Source: Pseudomonadota bacterium (GTDB lineage Bacteria; Pseudomonadota; Gammaproteobacteria; Burkholderiales; Thiobacillaceae). From it: a stretch of 64,000 nucleotides of DNA. Positions 12,549 through 22,866 of the stretch are shown in pieces; position 1 is the stretch's first letter, and every line of letters begins with the position of its first letter. The position numbers and the translations under genes were made by a program. A model generated the notes under the pieces. It worked only from the letters and a program-made list of their open reading frames with translations. It did not search any database and had not been told where the DNA came from. The stretch is from assembly GCA_040756115.1 (NCBI GenBank), contig JBFLZP010000005.1, positions 26,885-90,884 of the forward strand, written 5' to 3'.

Positions 12549-12925
12549 GCGAACAACCTCCAGCCGACGACGAGCGTCACCGCGCCGCTCGCCGCCATCA
12601 CCGCCAGGCTGCTGCGCCGCGCCTGCGCCCATGCCGTACCCCAGTGCGCATCGAGCGCGAGGTGGCGCAAGCCGGCGAACAGATGATGCGAGAACGCCCA
12701 GGCGAGGCCGACCAGCAGCAGCTTCGCCGGCACGCTGCCGGCAGCGGCGGCCATCGCGCGAAACCCGGCTTCGCCGGACAAGGAAACCGACAGCGCCCAC
12801 ACGCCAAGCGGCAAGGCGAGGAACAGCAGGGCGCCCGATACCCGGTGCAGGATCGACACCCAGCCGGGAAGCGGCAGATGGATGCGCAGCAAGTCCAGGT
12901 AAACGGGGCGCGTGATCGGCTTCAT
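12545..12925 (-). CDS. sdhC: Succinate dehydrogenase cytochrome b556 subunit
   Basis: 126 aa; [26 protein letters not shown] and [12 protein letters not shown], three TM helices. ATG 12925. Confidence 0.9.
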   Translation of the reverse strand: MKPITRPVYLDLLRIHLPLPGWVSILHRVSGALLFLALPLGVWALSVSLSGEAGFRAMAAAAGSVPAKLLLVGLAWAFSHHLFAGLRHLALDAHWGTAWAQARRSSLAVMAASGAVTLVVGWRLFA

Positions 12926-12952
12926 CGATTCGGCTCTCGCCAGATCAGCGAC

Positions 12953-14176
<1,224 letters not shown>

Positions 14177-14246
14177 TGCAAGCGCGCAGACAGGGTGGAA
14201 AGCCTGCATTATCGCGGATTTGGCGGCGAAGCGCCGTGTCCGGGAC

Positions 14247-14957
14247 TCAGTCCTTCCAGATCTTCAGCTGGGCGCGCAGGCGCGCGACCGCCTGGGAATG
14301 CAACTGGCACACGCGCGATTCTGACACGCCGAGCACGGCGCCGATTTCCTTGAGGTTCATGTCCTGTTCGTAATACATGCCCATCATGCTGCGCTCGCGC
14401 TCGGGCAGGCGATGGATCGCCTCGATGAGGCTCTTGCGGAAGCCGCCGTCCTCGAGTAGCGCCAGCGGGTCGCTCGCGCCATCGACGAGGTAGCGTTCGA
14501 GAAAGCTCGCGCTGTCTTCGTCGGAGAAATCCTCGTAGTAGAGCAGTTGCGAGCATTTCACATCGCCCAGCATGGCCTGGTACTGGTCGATCGGCATGCC
14601 GAGCTCGGCGGAGATTTCCTGCTCGGTCGGCGGTTTGCCGTTGCGCTGCTCCAGCCGGTGGATCGCCGCTTCGATCTGGCGCGATTTCTGCCGCACGTGG
14701 CGCGGCAGCCAGTCGGCCTCGCGCAGCTCGTCGAGCATGGCGCCGCGTATGCGCTGGGTGGCGTAGGACTCGAATTGCGCGCCCTGGGTGCCGTCGAACC
14801 GGGACACCGCGTCCATCAGGCCGATGAGCCCGACCTGGATGAGGTCGTCGACCTCGACGCTGGCGGGCAGCCGCGCCATCATGTGGTAGGCAATGCGCTT
14901 GACCAGCGGCGCGTACTTCCTGATCTGTTCGTCCTGCGACGACGCTTTACCCGACAT
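14247..14957 (-). CDS. fliA: Flagellar RNA polymerase sigma factor (sigma-28)
   Basis: 236 aa; region 2 [37 protein letters not shown] and region 4 [26 protein letters not shown]. Confidence 0.9.
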   Translation of the reverse strand: MSGKASSQDEQIRKYAPLVKRIAYHMMARLPASVEVDDLIQVGLIGLMDAVSRFDGTQGAQFESYATQRIRGAMLDELREADWLPRHVRQKSRQIEAAIHRLEQRNGKPPTEQEISAELGMPIDQYQAMLGDVKCSQLLYYEDFSDEDSASFLERYLVDGASDPLALLEDGGFRKSLIEAIHRLPERERSMMGMYYEQDMNLKEIGAVLGVSESRVCQLHSQAVARLRAQLKIWKD

Positions 14958-14983
14958 AGTTCTGCATGTGTTCCTGGGTCGTA

Positions 14984-15622
14984 TTATGTGACGGCCTGCG
15001 GACCCGTCTCCTCGCCCGCCATTCTAACGGCAAGCGCGGCGTATGCATCAGTTTCCTGCGCCAGGCTGCCTATTCTTTGCGCATGCTTCGCGTCGAGGAA
15101 TTGCCTGCACGCGGCTTCGAGTTGCGCGCACGCCGCCGCTTCGCCGAGGAGCAGGATGTCGGCGCCGCACGCCAGGTGCGCCAGCGTCTTCAAAAGCCGA
15201 TAGGCCGGCTTGACGTCAGCCGGCGACACGTCGAGTACGCGGACATGGCCTGGGGAGGGCAGCGCCGCGACGCTGCCCATGTCCAGCGGATGGTCGACGA
15301 CGAGGCAGTCATGGCGCGCCGACAGCACGGCCAGCGCCGCCGTGTCCGTCTCGACGCCCGGCGCGTGCCAGGCCGCCCCGGCGGGCAGCGCATGTAAATG
15401 CAGCTGGCGGCGGGCGAGCTGCTGTCGCCAGTCGAACAGGCTGCGCGGCGCATGGCCGAGGTGGCGGCCCTGCGCATCGATCAGCAGCGTATCCAGCCCT
15501 TGCCGGGACAATGCCTCGAGAAGATGGTGGGCCGTCGCCGGCTGTGACGAATGCAAGTGGATACAGGGCGCCGCGCGCGCGGTCTGGCGGCGACGCAGGC
15601 CGGCGGCCTGGTCAGCTGCCAT
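14984..15622 (-). CDS. FlhG/FleN-position protein, degenerate: DQAxGLR N-terminal motif present, Walker A absent
   Basis: 212 aa. Overlaps the flhF stop by 11 nt and ends 26 nt before fliA. The N-terminus is MAADQAAGLRRR. Where MinD/ParA-type FlhG carries KGGxGK[ST], this protein reads LHSSQPATAHH. LLIDAQ replaces LLxDAD. Confidence 0.6.
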   Translation of the reverse strand: MAADQAAGLRRRQTARAAPCIHLHSSQPATAHHLLEALSRQGLDTLLIDAQGRHLGHAPRSLFDWRQQLARRQLHLHALPAGAAWHAPGVETDTAALAVLSARHDCLVVDHPLDMGSVAALPSPGHVRVLDVSPADVKPAYRLLKTLAHLACGADILLLGEAAACAQLEAACRQFLDAKHAQRIGSLAQETDAYAALAVRMAGEETGPQAVT

Positions 15623-16739
15623 GGCCGCGACGGCGTTCGGCGCGGTCGGCTTCGACCCCCGCCATCAAGGGCCAGTCCTCGGCCTCGAGCGCATAGGGCG
15701 TGGCGAGTTGCCCGCCCTTGAGCGCCCGGTCGACAAGGTAGGCGGCGTTGGGCCGATGCAGGTCCTCCGGCACGCGCTGGCCACCGCTGATCCAGGCCAG
15801 CGGCAGGCGGTGGCGCAGCAGGCCGTCGAGCGCGGCGCCCGGCTGCGGCGTTTCGTCGAGCTTGGTGAGTATGCAACCGGCCGCCCCCTGGCCGAAACGC
15901 TGCATCGCCTGCTCGATCGCCGCCCCCTGCTGGTTGGCGGCGATCACGGCGAGGCGACGCACCGCCAGCGCGTCGAGTGCCGGGCCCGCGAGGAGACGCG
16001 GATCGTTCGGCGCGTGGCCGGCGGTGTCGATCAGCACCAGCGCGCGGTCGGCGAGCAAGGGCAGCAGGCGCGCCAGTTTGTTCCCGTCTTCGGCAACGTG
16101 CAGCGATACGCCGAGGAGATCGGCGTAGACCCGGAGCTGGGCCGTCGCGCCGACACGATACGCGTCGGCCGCGACCAGGGCGACGCGCGCCGCACCGTGC
16201 GTGTCGACGGCACGGGCGGCGAGCTTGGCGAGCGTAGTGGTCTTGCCCGAGCCGGTCGAGCCGACCAGCGCGTAGCGGCCGCCGCGCGCGAGCAGATCGG
16301 TGTCGCGCGGCAACAGCGGCAGGTTGCGGATCAGCACCTGCCGCAACCAGCGCTGCGCGGCGTCGGCGTCGAGCCCGCGCGGCAGGCGCGCGGCAAGCGT
16401 GCGCGCGAGCGCGCTGCCAAAGCCGGCGGCGAACAGCGTCTGCATCAGGTCGACGCGCACGGGATCGCGCCGCCGCGTGGCTCCCCAGGCAAAACCGGCG
16501 AGCTGGTTCTGCAGCATGCCGCGCAGGCGCGCCAGCTCCTGCAGGATGCGCGAGCCGCCCGCGGCGTCGGCGCTTTCCGCCGCCGCGGTCACGGCCAGAT
16601 CGCCGTAGGCGCTCGCCAGCAGTTCCACGCCCTGCGGGTGCGGTCGCGTCGACAGCACCACGGCGTCGTCGCCGAGAACCTGCCTTACCCGTGCGAGCCC
16701 TTCGCGGGCGTTCGGCGCGATGAAGACCTGTACGCTCAT
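15612..16739 (-). CDS. flhF: Flagellar biosynthesis GTPase FlhF (SRP-type)
   Basis: 375 aa; G1 LVGSTGSGKTTTLAKLAA, G3 LIDTAGH, TKLDET. ATGA overlap with the flhA stop. Confidence 0.88.
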   Translation of the reverse strand: MSVQVFIAPNAREGLARVRQVLGDDAVVLSTRPHPQGVELLASAYGDLAVTAAAESADAAGGSRILQELARLRGMLQNQLAGFAWGATRRRDPVRVDLMQTLFAAGFGSALARTLAARLPRGLDADAAQRWLRQVLIRNLPLLPRDTDLLARGGRYALVGSTGSGKTTTLAKLAARAVDTHGAARVALVAADAYRVGATAQLRVYADLLGVSLHVAEDGNKLARLLPLLADRALVLIDTAGHAPNDPRLLAGPALDALAVRRLAVIAANQQGAAIEQAMQRFGQGAAGCILTKLDETPQPGAALDGLLRHRLPLAWISGGQRVPEDLHRPNAAYLVDRALKGGQLATPYALEAEDWPLMAGVEADRAERRRGHGS

Positions 16740-18811
16740 GCATCGGCTCCGATTCTGAGTTCCGTCGTCACCTGCACCATTTTATCGGCAGGCACCTCGG
16801 CGTAGGCAATTACCGAGAGCTGCGGCAGGTTGCGCCGCAGCAGGCGCGACAGAATGGGACGCAAGGCGGGCGAAGTCAGCACGACAGGCGGATGGCCCGC
16901 GCGCGCCTGCTCGGCGACGGCCCGTTCGGCCGCCTCGTTCAACGCGTCGATCGTCGCCGGTGTCAGCAGCGCCTCGCCCTCCTCGCCCATTTCGTTGAGC
17001 AGCCGCGTTTCGGTTTCCGCAGCAAGCCCGATCACGTGCAGGGTATCGCGGCCCTCGAACAGGCGGTCGACGATGCTGCGCCCGAGCGCCGCGCGCACGG
17101 TCTCGACCAGTTCATCGATCGCCTGCGTGGTGGGCGCACGCGCCGCGAGCGTCTCGAACAGGGTGCGCGTGTCGCGTATGGAGACATTCTCCGCGATCAG
17201 CTGCTGCAGCACCGCCTGCACGCTGGTGAGCGGCAAGTGGCGCGGCGTGACGTCCTCGACCAGCCCAGGCTGGGTGCGCGACAGGGTGTCGAGGAGCTGC
17301 TGCACCTCGGTGCGGCCGAGGAGCTCGGGGGCATGCTGGCGGAACACCGCCTCGACTTCGCGCGCGATGAGATCGGCGGGCGTGAACACGACGAAGCCGC
17401 GCAATTCGGCGTCTTCCGCCTTTGCGGCCTCGATCCAGATGCCGGGCAGGCCGGTGAGCGGATCGCTGCCGGGCGTGCCGTCGAGCCGCCCCAGCACGTC
17501 GCCCATGTCGACCGCCAGCACTTGGCCGCCGGGCAACTCGCCCTGCGCGACGACGACGCCCTTGAGCGTGATGCGGTAGCTGTTGGGCTTGAGCTGCAGA
17601 TTGTCGCGCACGCGGATGAGCGGCACCACCAGCCCCATGTCGGCGGCGAAGGCGCGGCGTGCCTCGGTGATCCTCGCAAGCGCGGCGCCGTCCTGGTTGC
17701 GGTCGACCAGCGGGATCAGGCGGTAGCCGATCTCGAGCGCGAGCACGTCGACGGGGGGAATGTCGGCCCAGGTGACGTCGAGCGTCGCCGGCGATTCCTC
17801 CTCCGGTTCGGGCGACAGCAACTCGGGGATGCGGCGCTGCCGCCGCATCAGCCAGGCGCCGAGCCCGGCGAGCACCAGGGCGATGCTGAGAAAGGCGGCG
17901 TGCGGCGTGCCCGGGATCAGCCCCAGCGTGCCGAGCACGGCGGCCGATACATAGAGCGTCTGCGGCCGGCCGAATACCTGGGTGGAGAATTCCCGGCTGA
18001 GATCCTGCTCGCTCGACGCGCGGCTCACCACGATGCCGGCCGCGGTCGAGATCACCAGCGCCGGGATCTGCGTCACCAGGCCGTCGCCCACGGTGAGAAG
18101 CGCGTAGCGGCCGAGCGCCTCGGTCAGCCCGAGGTCGTGCTGGAACAAGCCGACCAGCACGCCGCCGATGAGATTGACCAGCAGGATGATGATGCCGGCG
18201 ATGGCGTCGCCGCGGACGAACTTGGAAGCACCGTCCATGGCGCCGTAGAAGTCGGCTTCGCGCCCGATGTCGTGGCGTCGCGCGCGTGCCTCGGCTTCGT
18301 CGATGAAGCCGGCGTTGAGGTCGGCATCCACCGCGAGCTGCTTGCCCGGCATCGAATCGAGGGTGAAGCGCGCCGCCACCTCGGCGATGCGGCCGGCGCC
18401 CTTGGTGATGACGACGAAATTGATGATGACGAGGATGAGGAACACGACGAAGCCGACGACGTAGTTGCCGCCGACCAGGAAATTGCCGAACGACTCGATC
18501 ACCTTGCCCGCCGCGTCCGGACCGGTGTGGCCCTGCATCAGGATGATGCGGGTGGACGCCACGTTGAGCGCCAGGCGCATCAGCGTGGTCAGCAGCAGCA
18601 CGGTGGGGAATACCGAGAAATCGAGCGGCCGCCGCGCGTTGAGGCTCACCAGCAGCACGATCATGGCGAGCGCGATGTTGAGCGTGAACAGCGCGTCGAG
18701 CATGAAGGTGGGCAGCGGCAGCACCATCATCGCCAGCACCAGCAGCACCAGCGCCGGCACCGCCAGCCGGTTCATCGGCATGCCGAGCAGCACAGCACCC
18801 TGTGCGCTCAC
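16736..18811 (-). CDS. flhA: Flagellar type III export apparatus protein FlhA
   Basis: 691 aa; MMVLPLPTFMLDALFTLNIAL, VITKGAGRIAEVAARFTLDSMPGKQLAVDADL and a full C-terminal cytoplasmic domain. The listed start at 18811 is GTG (GTGA overlap with flhB); an ATG alternative lies at 18781. Confidence 0.95.
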   Translation of the reverse strand: MSAQGAVLLGMPMNRLAVPALVLLVLAMMVLPLPTFMLDALFTLNIALAMIVLLVSLNARRPLDFSVFPTVLLLTTLMRLALNVASTRIILMQGHTGPDAAGKVIESFGNFLVGGNYVVGFVVFLILVIINFVVITKGAGRIAEVAARFTLDSMPGKQLAVDADLNAGFIDEAEARARRHDIGREADFYGAMDGASKFVRGDAIAGIIILLVNLIGGVLVGLFQHDLGLTEALGRYALLTVGDGLVTQIPALVISTAAGIVVSRASSEQDLSREFSTQVFGRPQTLYVSAAVLGTLGLIPGTPHAAFLSIALVLAGLGAWLMRRQRRIPELLSPEPEEESPATLDVTWADIPPVDVLALEIGYRLIPLVDRNQDGAALARITEARRAFAADMGLVVPLIRVRDNLQLKPNSYRITLKGVVVAQGELPGGQVLAVDMGDVLGRLDGTPGSDPLTGLPGIWIEAAKAEDAELRGFVVFTPADLIAREVEAVFRQHAPELLGRTEVQQLLDTLSRTQPGLVEDVTPRHLPLTSVQAVLQQLIAENVSIRDTRTLFETLAARAPTTQAIDELVETVRAALGRSIVDRLFEGRDTLHVIGLAAETETRLLNEMGEEGEALLTPATIDALNEAAERAVAEQARAGHPPVVLTSPALRPILSRLLRRNLPQLSVIAYAEVPADKMVQVTTELRIGADA

Positions 18812-19578
18812 CCGATCACCTCGTCAATCGTTCCGGATCCGGCGTTCGCCCGCCGCCCCGCCTGCTGCTGCCGCGCGCGCAGCTGCGCCTGCACCTCGGG
18901 CGGCAGCTCGGCTTCGCGCGCCTCGGCCAGCATCTCCTGCCAGGTCATCGCGTGCCGCCGCAGGTAGCGCCACCAGCGCCAGCCGGCGTCGAGCGCCGCC
19001 GCTACCGCCAGCGCGCCGGCCACCGCCAGCACGCCCCGGCCCAGCCAGCTCGCCAGCGCATCCGGGCCGGATGCCAGCGTGTCGAGCATCGGCCAGCCGG
19101 TCGTGAGTGCCCACGCGACCGCGACCGCGACGAGCGCGAGTTTTACAGCCGCCAGCCCGCCGTCGAACCAGGCGTCGGCCGAAAACAGGCGCGTCAGGGG
19201 TTTGGCGGGATTGGCGCGACCCAGGTCGGCCTGGGTGAGCTGCGGCGCGTACACCCAGCCCGAGAGCAGCACCGGGCCCGCCAGCGCGGCGACGAACAAG
19301 GCGGCAAGAACGGGCAGCAGGGACCACAGCGCGGCGGTCGCCGCCTCGACGAACGCCGGCGCCAGGGGATGCGCGGCGTGGAGGAAGGCGGCCTCGGTGG
19401 CAACGCGCAGCGCCTCGAACAGATGCGGCGCCTGCCAGCCCAGCACGCCCAGCGCCGCCAGCAGCATCACCCAGGCGGCCAGTTCGCGCGAGCGCGGCAC
19501 GTCGCCCGCCTCGCGCGCCGCCTGCAGGCGCCGCGGACTCGCCGGTTCGGTACGGGAAAGGTCTGTATCCTCGGCCAT
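18808..19578 (-). CDS. flhB: FlhB, transmembrane domain plus linker only; the C-terminal autocleaving (NPTH) domain is absent
   Basis: 256 aa. Canonical N-terminus MAEDTDLSRTEPASPRRLQAAREAGDVPRSRELA, then four TM helices. The linker RRHAMTWQEMLAEAREAELPPEVQAQLRARQQQAGRR is followed by a stop that overlaps the flhA start. Confidence 0.8.
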   Translation of the reverse strand: MAEDTDLSRTEPASPRRLQAAREAGDVPRSRELAAWVMLLAALGVLGWQAPHLFEALRVATEAAFLHAAHPLAPAFVEAATAALWSLLPVLAALFVAALAGPVLLSGWVYAPQLTQADLGRANPAKPLTRLFSADAWFDGGLAAVKLALVAVAVAWALTTGWPMLDTLASGPDALASWLGRGVLAVAGALAVAAALDAGWRWWRYLRRHAMTWQEMLAEAREAELPPEVQAQLRARQQQAGRRANAGSGTIDEVIG

Positions 19579-19623
19579 GCTCGTCTCGAATTTTGAGGGA
19601 GTCTAGCACGAGGCGGGAAGCGG

Positions 19624-19650
19624 GGCGGACGGTGGTTTGCAGCGTCCGCC
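19624..19650 (-). terminator. GC-rich hairpin immediately after iscX; candidate terminator of the isc cluster (no U-tract)
   Basis: GGCGGACG (19624-19631) pairs with CGTCCGCC (19643-19650) around an 11-nt loop, 6 nt downstream of the iscX stop. No T-run follows on the minus strand, so intrinsic termination is uncertain. Confidence 0.35.
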
Positions 19651-19655
19651 GGGGG

Positions 19656-19850
19656 TCAGCTGACTTCGTCGATCCAGGCCATCTGGATCGCTTCGAGGAT
19701 CTTCTCGCCGGAATGGTTGGGGTCGTCGTCGAACTCGGGCAGTTCCATCACCCAGCGATGCAGGTCGGTGAAGCGAATGGTGCGCGGGTCGATTTCGGGG
19801 TGGGCTTCGGCGAGTTCGATGGCGATATCGAGCGTGTCGGTCCACTTCAT
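19656..19850 (-). CDS. iscX: Fe-S assembly protein IscX (YfhJ)
   Basis: 64 aa; MKWTDTLDIAIELAEAHPEIDP..RFTDLHRWV..LPEFDDDP is typical of IscX. Last gene of the cluster. Confidence 0.9.
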   Translation of the reverse strand: MKWTDTLDIAIELAEAHPEIDPRTIRFTDLHRWVMELPEFDDDPNHSGEKILEAIQMAWIDEVS

Positions 19851-19851
19851 G

Positions 19852-20190
19852 TCAGTGTCCTTCCTTGACCATGTTGATCGTGTACTTGGGAATCTCGATC
19901 ACCAGGTCGGCGTCGGCGATGCGCGCCTGGCACGACAGCCGCGATTGCGGCTCCAGGCCCCAGGCCTTGTCGAGCAGGTCGTCCTCTTCCTCGGTCGATT
20001 CGGGCAGCGACTCGAAGCCTTCGCGCACGATGACGTGGCAGGTGGTGCAGGCACAGGATTTCTCACAGGCGTGCTCGATCTCGACGCCGTTGGCGAGCAG
20101 CGTGTCGCAGATGGTTTCGCCGGGCTTGGCGTCGATGACGGTGCCTTCGGGACAGAGTTCGACGTGGGGCAGTACGATGAGTTGGGGCAT
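19852..20190 (-). CDS. fdx: ISC-system [2Fe-2S] ferredoxin
   Basis: 112 aa from ATG 20190 (MPQLIVLPH..); Cys ligands CEKSCACTTCH and SRLSCQ. The upstream part of the 335-aa listed ORF is an out-of-frame read of the neighbouring gene. Confidence 0.92.
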   Translation of the reverse strand: MPQLIVLPHVELCPEGTVIDAKPGETICDTLLANGVEIEHACEKSCACTTCHVIVREGFESLPESTEEEDDLLDKAWGLEPQSRLSCQARIADADLVIEIPKYTINMVKEGH

Positions 20191-20204
20191 GGGATCCGGG
20201 CCTC

Positions 20205-20978
20205 TCAGGCCGCTTGGGAGTGTTGGCTCGGCAGGGCGGCGAGCACGCCGTCCCAGAATTGCAGGCGGGCCTCGACCGCGGCTTCGGCGGCGATCTCGGC
20301 CTCGCGCCACTTGCCGGCGTCGCCGCCGACCAGCGCGGCGAGCAGGCGCAGCGACAGCGGCGCATGGAAGTCCTCGTCCAGGTGGACGTGGCGGTTGAGG
20401 TAGTAGTGGAAGCTCGGCGCCTGCGCCTCGGTCACCGCCATGCGCGACAGGAAGGCGCGGAACATCGACGGGATGACGTGCTCGCGGCCGAGCGCCAGCG
20501 CGGCGGCCACCTCGTGCGGCCGGCCGCCGTCGATGAAGCCGAAGGTGGTGCGGACGAACGCGGCCGACGGCGCGGGCGCGAGTCCCGCGGCGAGCGCGGC
20601 CTGTATGCCCGCCTCGCCCGCGATCTGTACGAAGCGCGCCGGGTGGTCGGCGTCGGCGCCGACTTCGCGCATGGCGGCGAGATACAGCATGAAGTGGCTG
20701 GTGTGCCCTTCCTGGCCCGGCAGTGCGACGTCGGTTTCCTCTTCCAGCACCAGTTCGTTGATGAAGCGCTGCACCGAGGCGTCCTTGCCCGGCACCCACG
20801 GCCAGCGCGCCGGCGCGACCTGGTGCTGCAGGTATTTGATGAGCGACATGAAGTCCCACACCGAGTAGACGTGGTGCTGCATGAACACGCGCAGGTCGTC
20901 CGGCGTCCGCACGGCGGCATAGATCGGGTGGGCCTCGAGCTTCACCCGCAGGGATTCGATGAAGGCGTCGTTCAGCAT
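20205..20978 (-). CDS. DUF3050-like protein (heme-oxygenase-like helical fold family), embedded in the isc cluster
   Basis: 257 aa from ATG 20978 (MLNDAFIESLRVKLEAHPIY..). His/Glu/Asp-rich helices: FMQHHVYSVWDFMSL, LVLEEETD, HTSHFMLYL, LNRHVHLDEDFH. Lies 7 nt after the hscA stop and 14 nt before the fdx start. The family call is from memory and needs an HMM check. Confidence 0.7.
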   Translation of the reverse strand: MLNDAFIESLRVKLEAHPIYAAVRTPDDLRVFMQHHVYSVWDFMSLIKYLQHQVAPARWPWVPGKDASVQRFINELVLEEETDVALPGQEGHTSHFMLYLAAMREVGADADHPARFVQIAGEAGIQAALAAGLAPAPSAAFVRTTFGFIDGGRPHEVAAALALGREHVIPSMFRAFLSRMAVTEAQAPSFHYYLNRHVHLDEDFHAPLSLRLLAALVGGDAGKWREAEIAAEAAVEARLQFWDGVLAALPSQHSQAA

Positions 20979-20985
20979 GTTGCGT

Positions 20986-22863
20986 TCAGCCAAAGGTTTC
21001 GAGCTTCTGTCCCGCCATCGCACGCCGGACGTTGCGGTCCATGCGGCGCTGGGCGAACTCGGTGGTGGCGGCGTTGAGTGCCTCGATGCCGCGCTTGATG
21101 GCGAGATGATGGTTCGGCTCGACATCGGGGCTCGCGATCAGCTTTTCAAGGGCGGCGATGGCGGCCTCGATCGCCGCGGTCTCGTCGGCGTTGAGCAGTT
21201 CGCCATCCTCGGCGAGCGCGGCACGGGTCGCGGCGATGAGCCCCTGGGCGTCGACGATCTGCTCGTTCAGCGCGCGCGCGTACATGTCGTCCTTGGCGTG
21301 GGTGTAGGCGTCCTTCAGCATGCGCATGATCTCCTCGTCGCCCAGGCCATACGACGGCTTGACCTGCACGCTCGCCTCGACACCGCTGCTTTGCTCGCGC
21401 GCCGACACCGAAAGGAGACCATCGGCGTCGACCTGGAAGGTGACGCGGATGCGCGCCGCGCCCGCGACCATGGGCGGGATGCCGCGCAACTCGAAGCGCG
21501 CGAGCGAGCGGCAGTCGGCGGCGAGTTCGCGTTCGCCCTGCAGCACGTGGATGCTCATCGCGGTCTGGCCGTCCTTGAAGGTGGTGAAATCCTGCGCGCG
21601 CGCGGTCGGGATCGTGGTGTTGCGCGGAATGATCTTTTCGGTCAGCCCGCCCATGGTCTCGAGGCCGAGCGAGAGCGGAATGACGTCGAGCAGCAGCCAG
21701 TCGTCGCCCGCGCGATTGCCGGCGAGCACGTCGGCCTGGATGGCCGCGCCAAGCGCGACGACCTTGTCCGGGTCGAGGTTGGTGAGCGGGGTCTGGCGGA
21801 AGAAATCGGCGACCGCCTGGCGGATGCACGGCATGCGCGTCGAGCCACCGACCATCACCACCCCCTGGATCTCGTCGACCGCGAGGCCCGCGTCGCGCAG
21901 CGCCTTGCGCGTCGGCGCGAGCGTCTTGCTCACCAGCCCGGCGGTCATCCTGTTGAATTCGTCCTGCGTGAGCGTCGCGTCCATCATCTCGCCGGTGGAG
22001 AGCACCGCGGTGACGCGCACCTCGGTGTGCTCGGTCAGCGCTTCCTTGGCGTCGCGCGCCTTCGTCAGCAACAGGCGCGCATCGCTCGCCGACAAGGGCG
22101 CGAAGCGGCCCTGCTCGAGCATCCAGCAGAAAACGCGCTGGTCGAAATCGTCGCCGCCCAGAGCCGAGTCGCCATTGGTCGCGAGCACCTCGAACACGCC
22201 CTTCGAGAGCTTGAGGATGGAAATGTCGAAGGTGCCGCCACCGAGGTCGTAGACCGCGTAGACGCCTTCCGAGGCGTTGTCCAGACCGTAGGCGATGGCG
22301 GCGGCGGTGGGCTCGTTGAGCAGGCGCAGCACGTTGAGGCCGGCGAGCTGCGCGGCGTCCTTGGTCGCCTGGCGCTGGGCGTCGTCGAAGTAGGCGGGCA
22401 CGGTGATGACCGCGCCGACGAGCTCGCCGCCGAGCGCGGCTTCGGCACGCCGGCGCAAGGCCTTGAGGATTTCCGCCGAGATCTCGACCGGGCTTTTGAC
22501 GCCGGCGACGGTCTTCAATTGCACCATGCCGGGTGCGTCGACGAAGTGATACGGCAGGCCGGCGATGTCCTCGATATCAGTGATGCCGCGCCCCATGAAG
22601 CGCTTCACCGAGACGATGGTGTTGTGCGGGTCGCAGTTCTGCGCGGCCTGCGCGGCATAGCCGACATCCACCCGCCCGTCCGGGTGGTAGCGCACCACCG
22701 AGGGCAACAGCGAATGACCGGCTTCGTCGTCGAGAACGACGGCGAGGCCGGAGCGCACCGTGGCCACGAGCGAATTGGTCGTGCCGAGGTCGATGCCCAC
22801 CGCCAGCCGGTGCTGGTGCGGGGCGGCGGACATGCCGGGTTCGGCGATCTGCAGCAGGGCCAT
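20986..22863 (-). CDS. hscA: Fe-S cluster assembly Hsp70-type chaperone HscA
   Basis: 625 aa; [25 protein letters not shown] and [11 protein letters not shown]. Confidence 0.95.
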   Translation of the reverse strand: MALLQIAEPGMSAAPHQHRLAVGIDLGTTNSLVATVRSGLAVVLDDEAGHSLLPSVVRYHPDGRVDVGYAAQAAQNCDPHNTIVSVKRFMGRGITDIEDIAGLPYHFVDAPGMVQLKTVAGVKSPVEISAEILKALRRRAEAALGGELVGAVITVPAYFDDAQRQATKDAAQLAGLNVLRLLNEPTAAAIAYGLDNASEGVYAVYDLGGGTFDISILKLSKGVFEVLATNGDSALGGDDFDQRVFCWMLEQGRFAPLSASDARLLLTKARDAKEALTEHTEVRVTAVLSTGEMMDATLTQDEFNRMTAGLVSKTLAPTRKALRDAGLAVDEIQGVVMVGGSTRMPCIRQAVADFFRQTPLTNLDPDKVVALGAAIQADVLAGNRAGDDWLLLDVIPLSLGLETMGGLTEKIIPRNTTIPTARAQDFTTFKDGQTAMSIHVLQGERELAADCRSLARFELRGIPPMVAGAARIRVTFQVDADGLLSVSAREQSSGVEASVQVKPSYGLGDEEIMRMLKDAYTHAKDDMYARALNEQIVDAQGLIAATRAALAEDGELLNADETAAIEAAIAALEKLIASPDVEPNHHLAIKRGIEALNAATTEFAQRRMDRNVRRAMAGQKLETFG

Positions 22864-22866
22864 GTC

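Noticed and set aside
12204-12800. A 198-aa version of sdhD, and similar N-terminal extensions of trmJ (to 27797), suhB (from 26991), tpiA, glmM, pstS, nuoF, nuoK and rlmE
   Set aside because: The extensions overlap neighbouring conserved genes or divergent starts and are compositionally non-protein-like. The internal starts match homologue N-termini, usually with an SD or a stop/start overlap.
18780-18830. A frameshift or pseudogene explanation for the short flhB
   Set aside because: I found no remnant of the FlhB C-terminal domain in any frame downstream. flhA begins immediately and is full length. The truncation is therefore reported as an observation rather than called a pseudogene, although a sequencing error cannot be excluded from the sequence alone.
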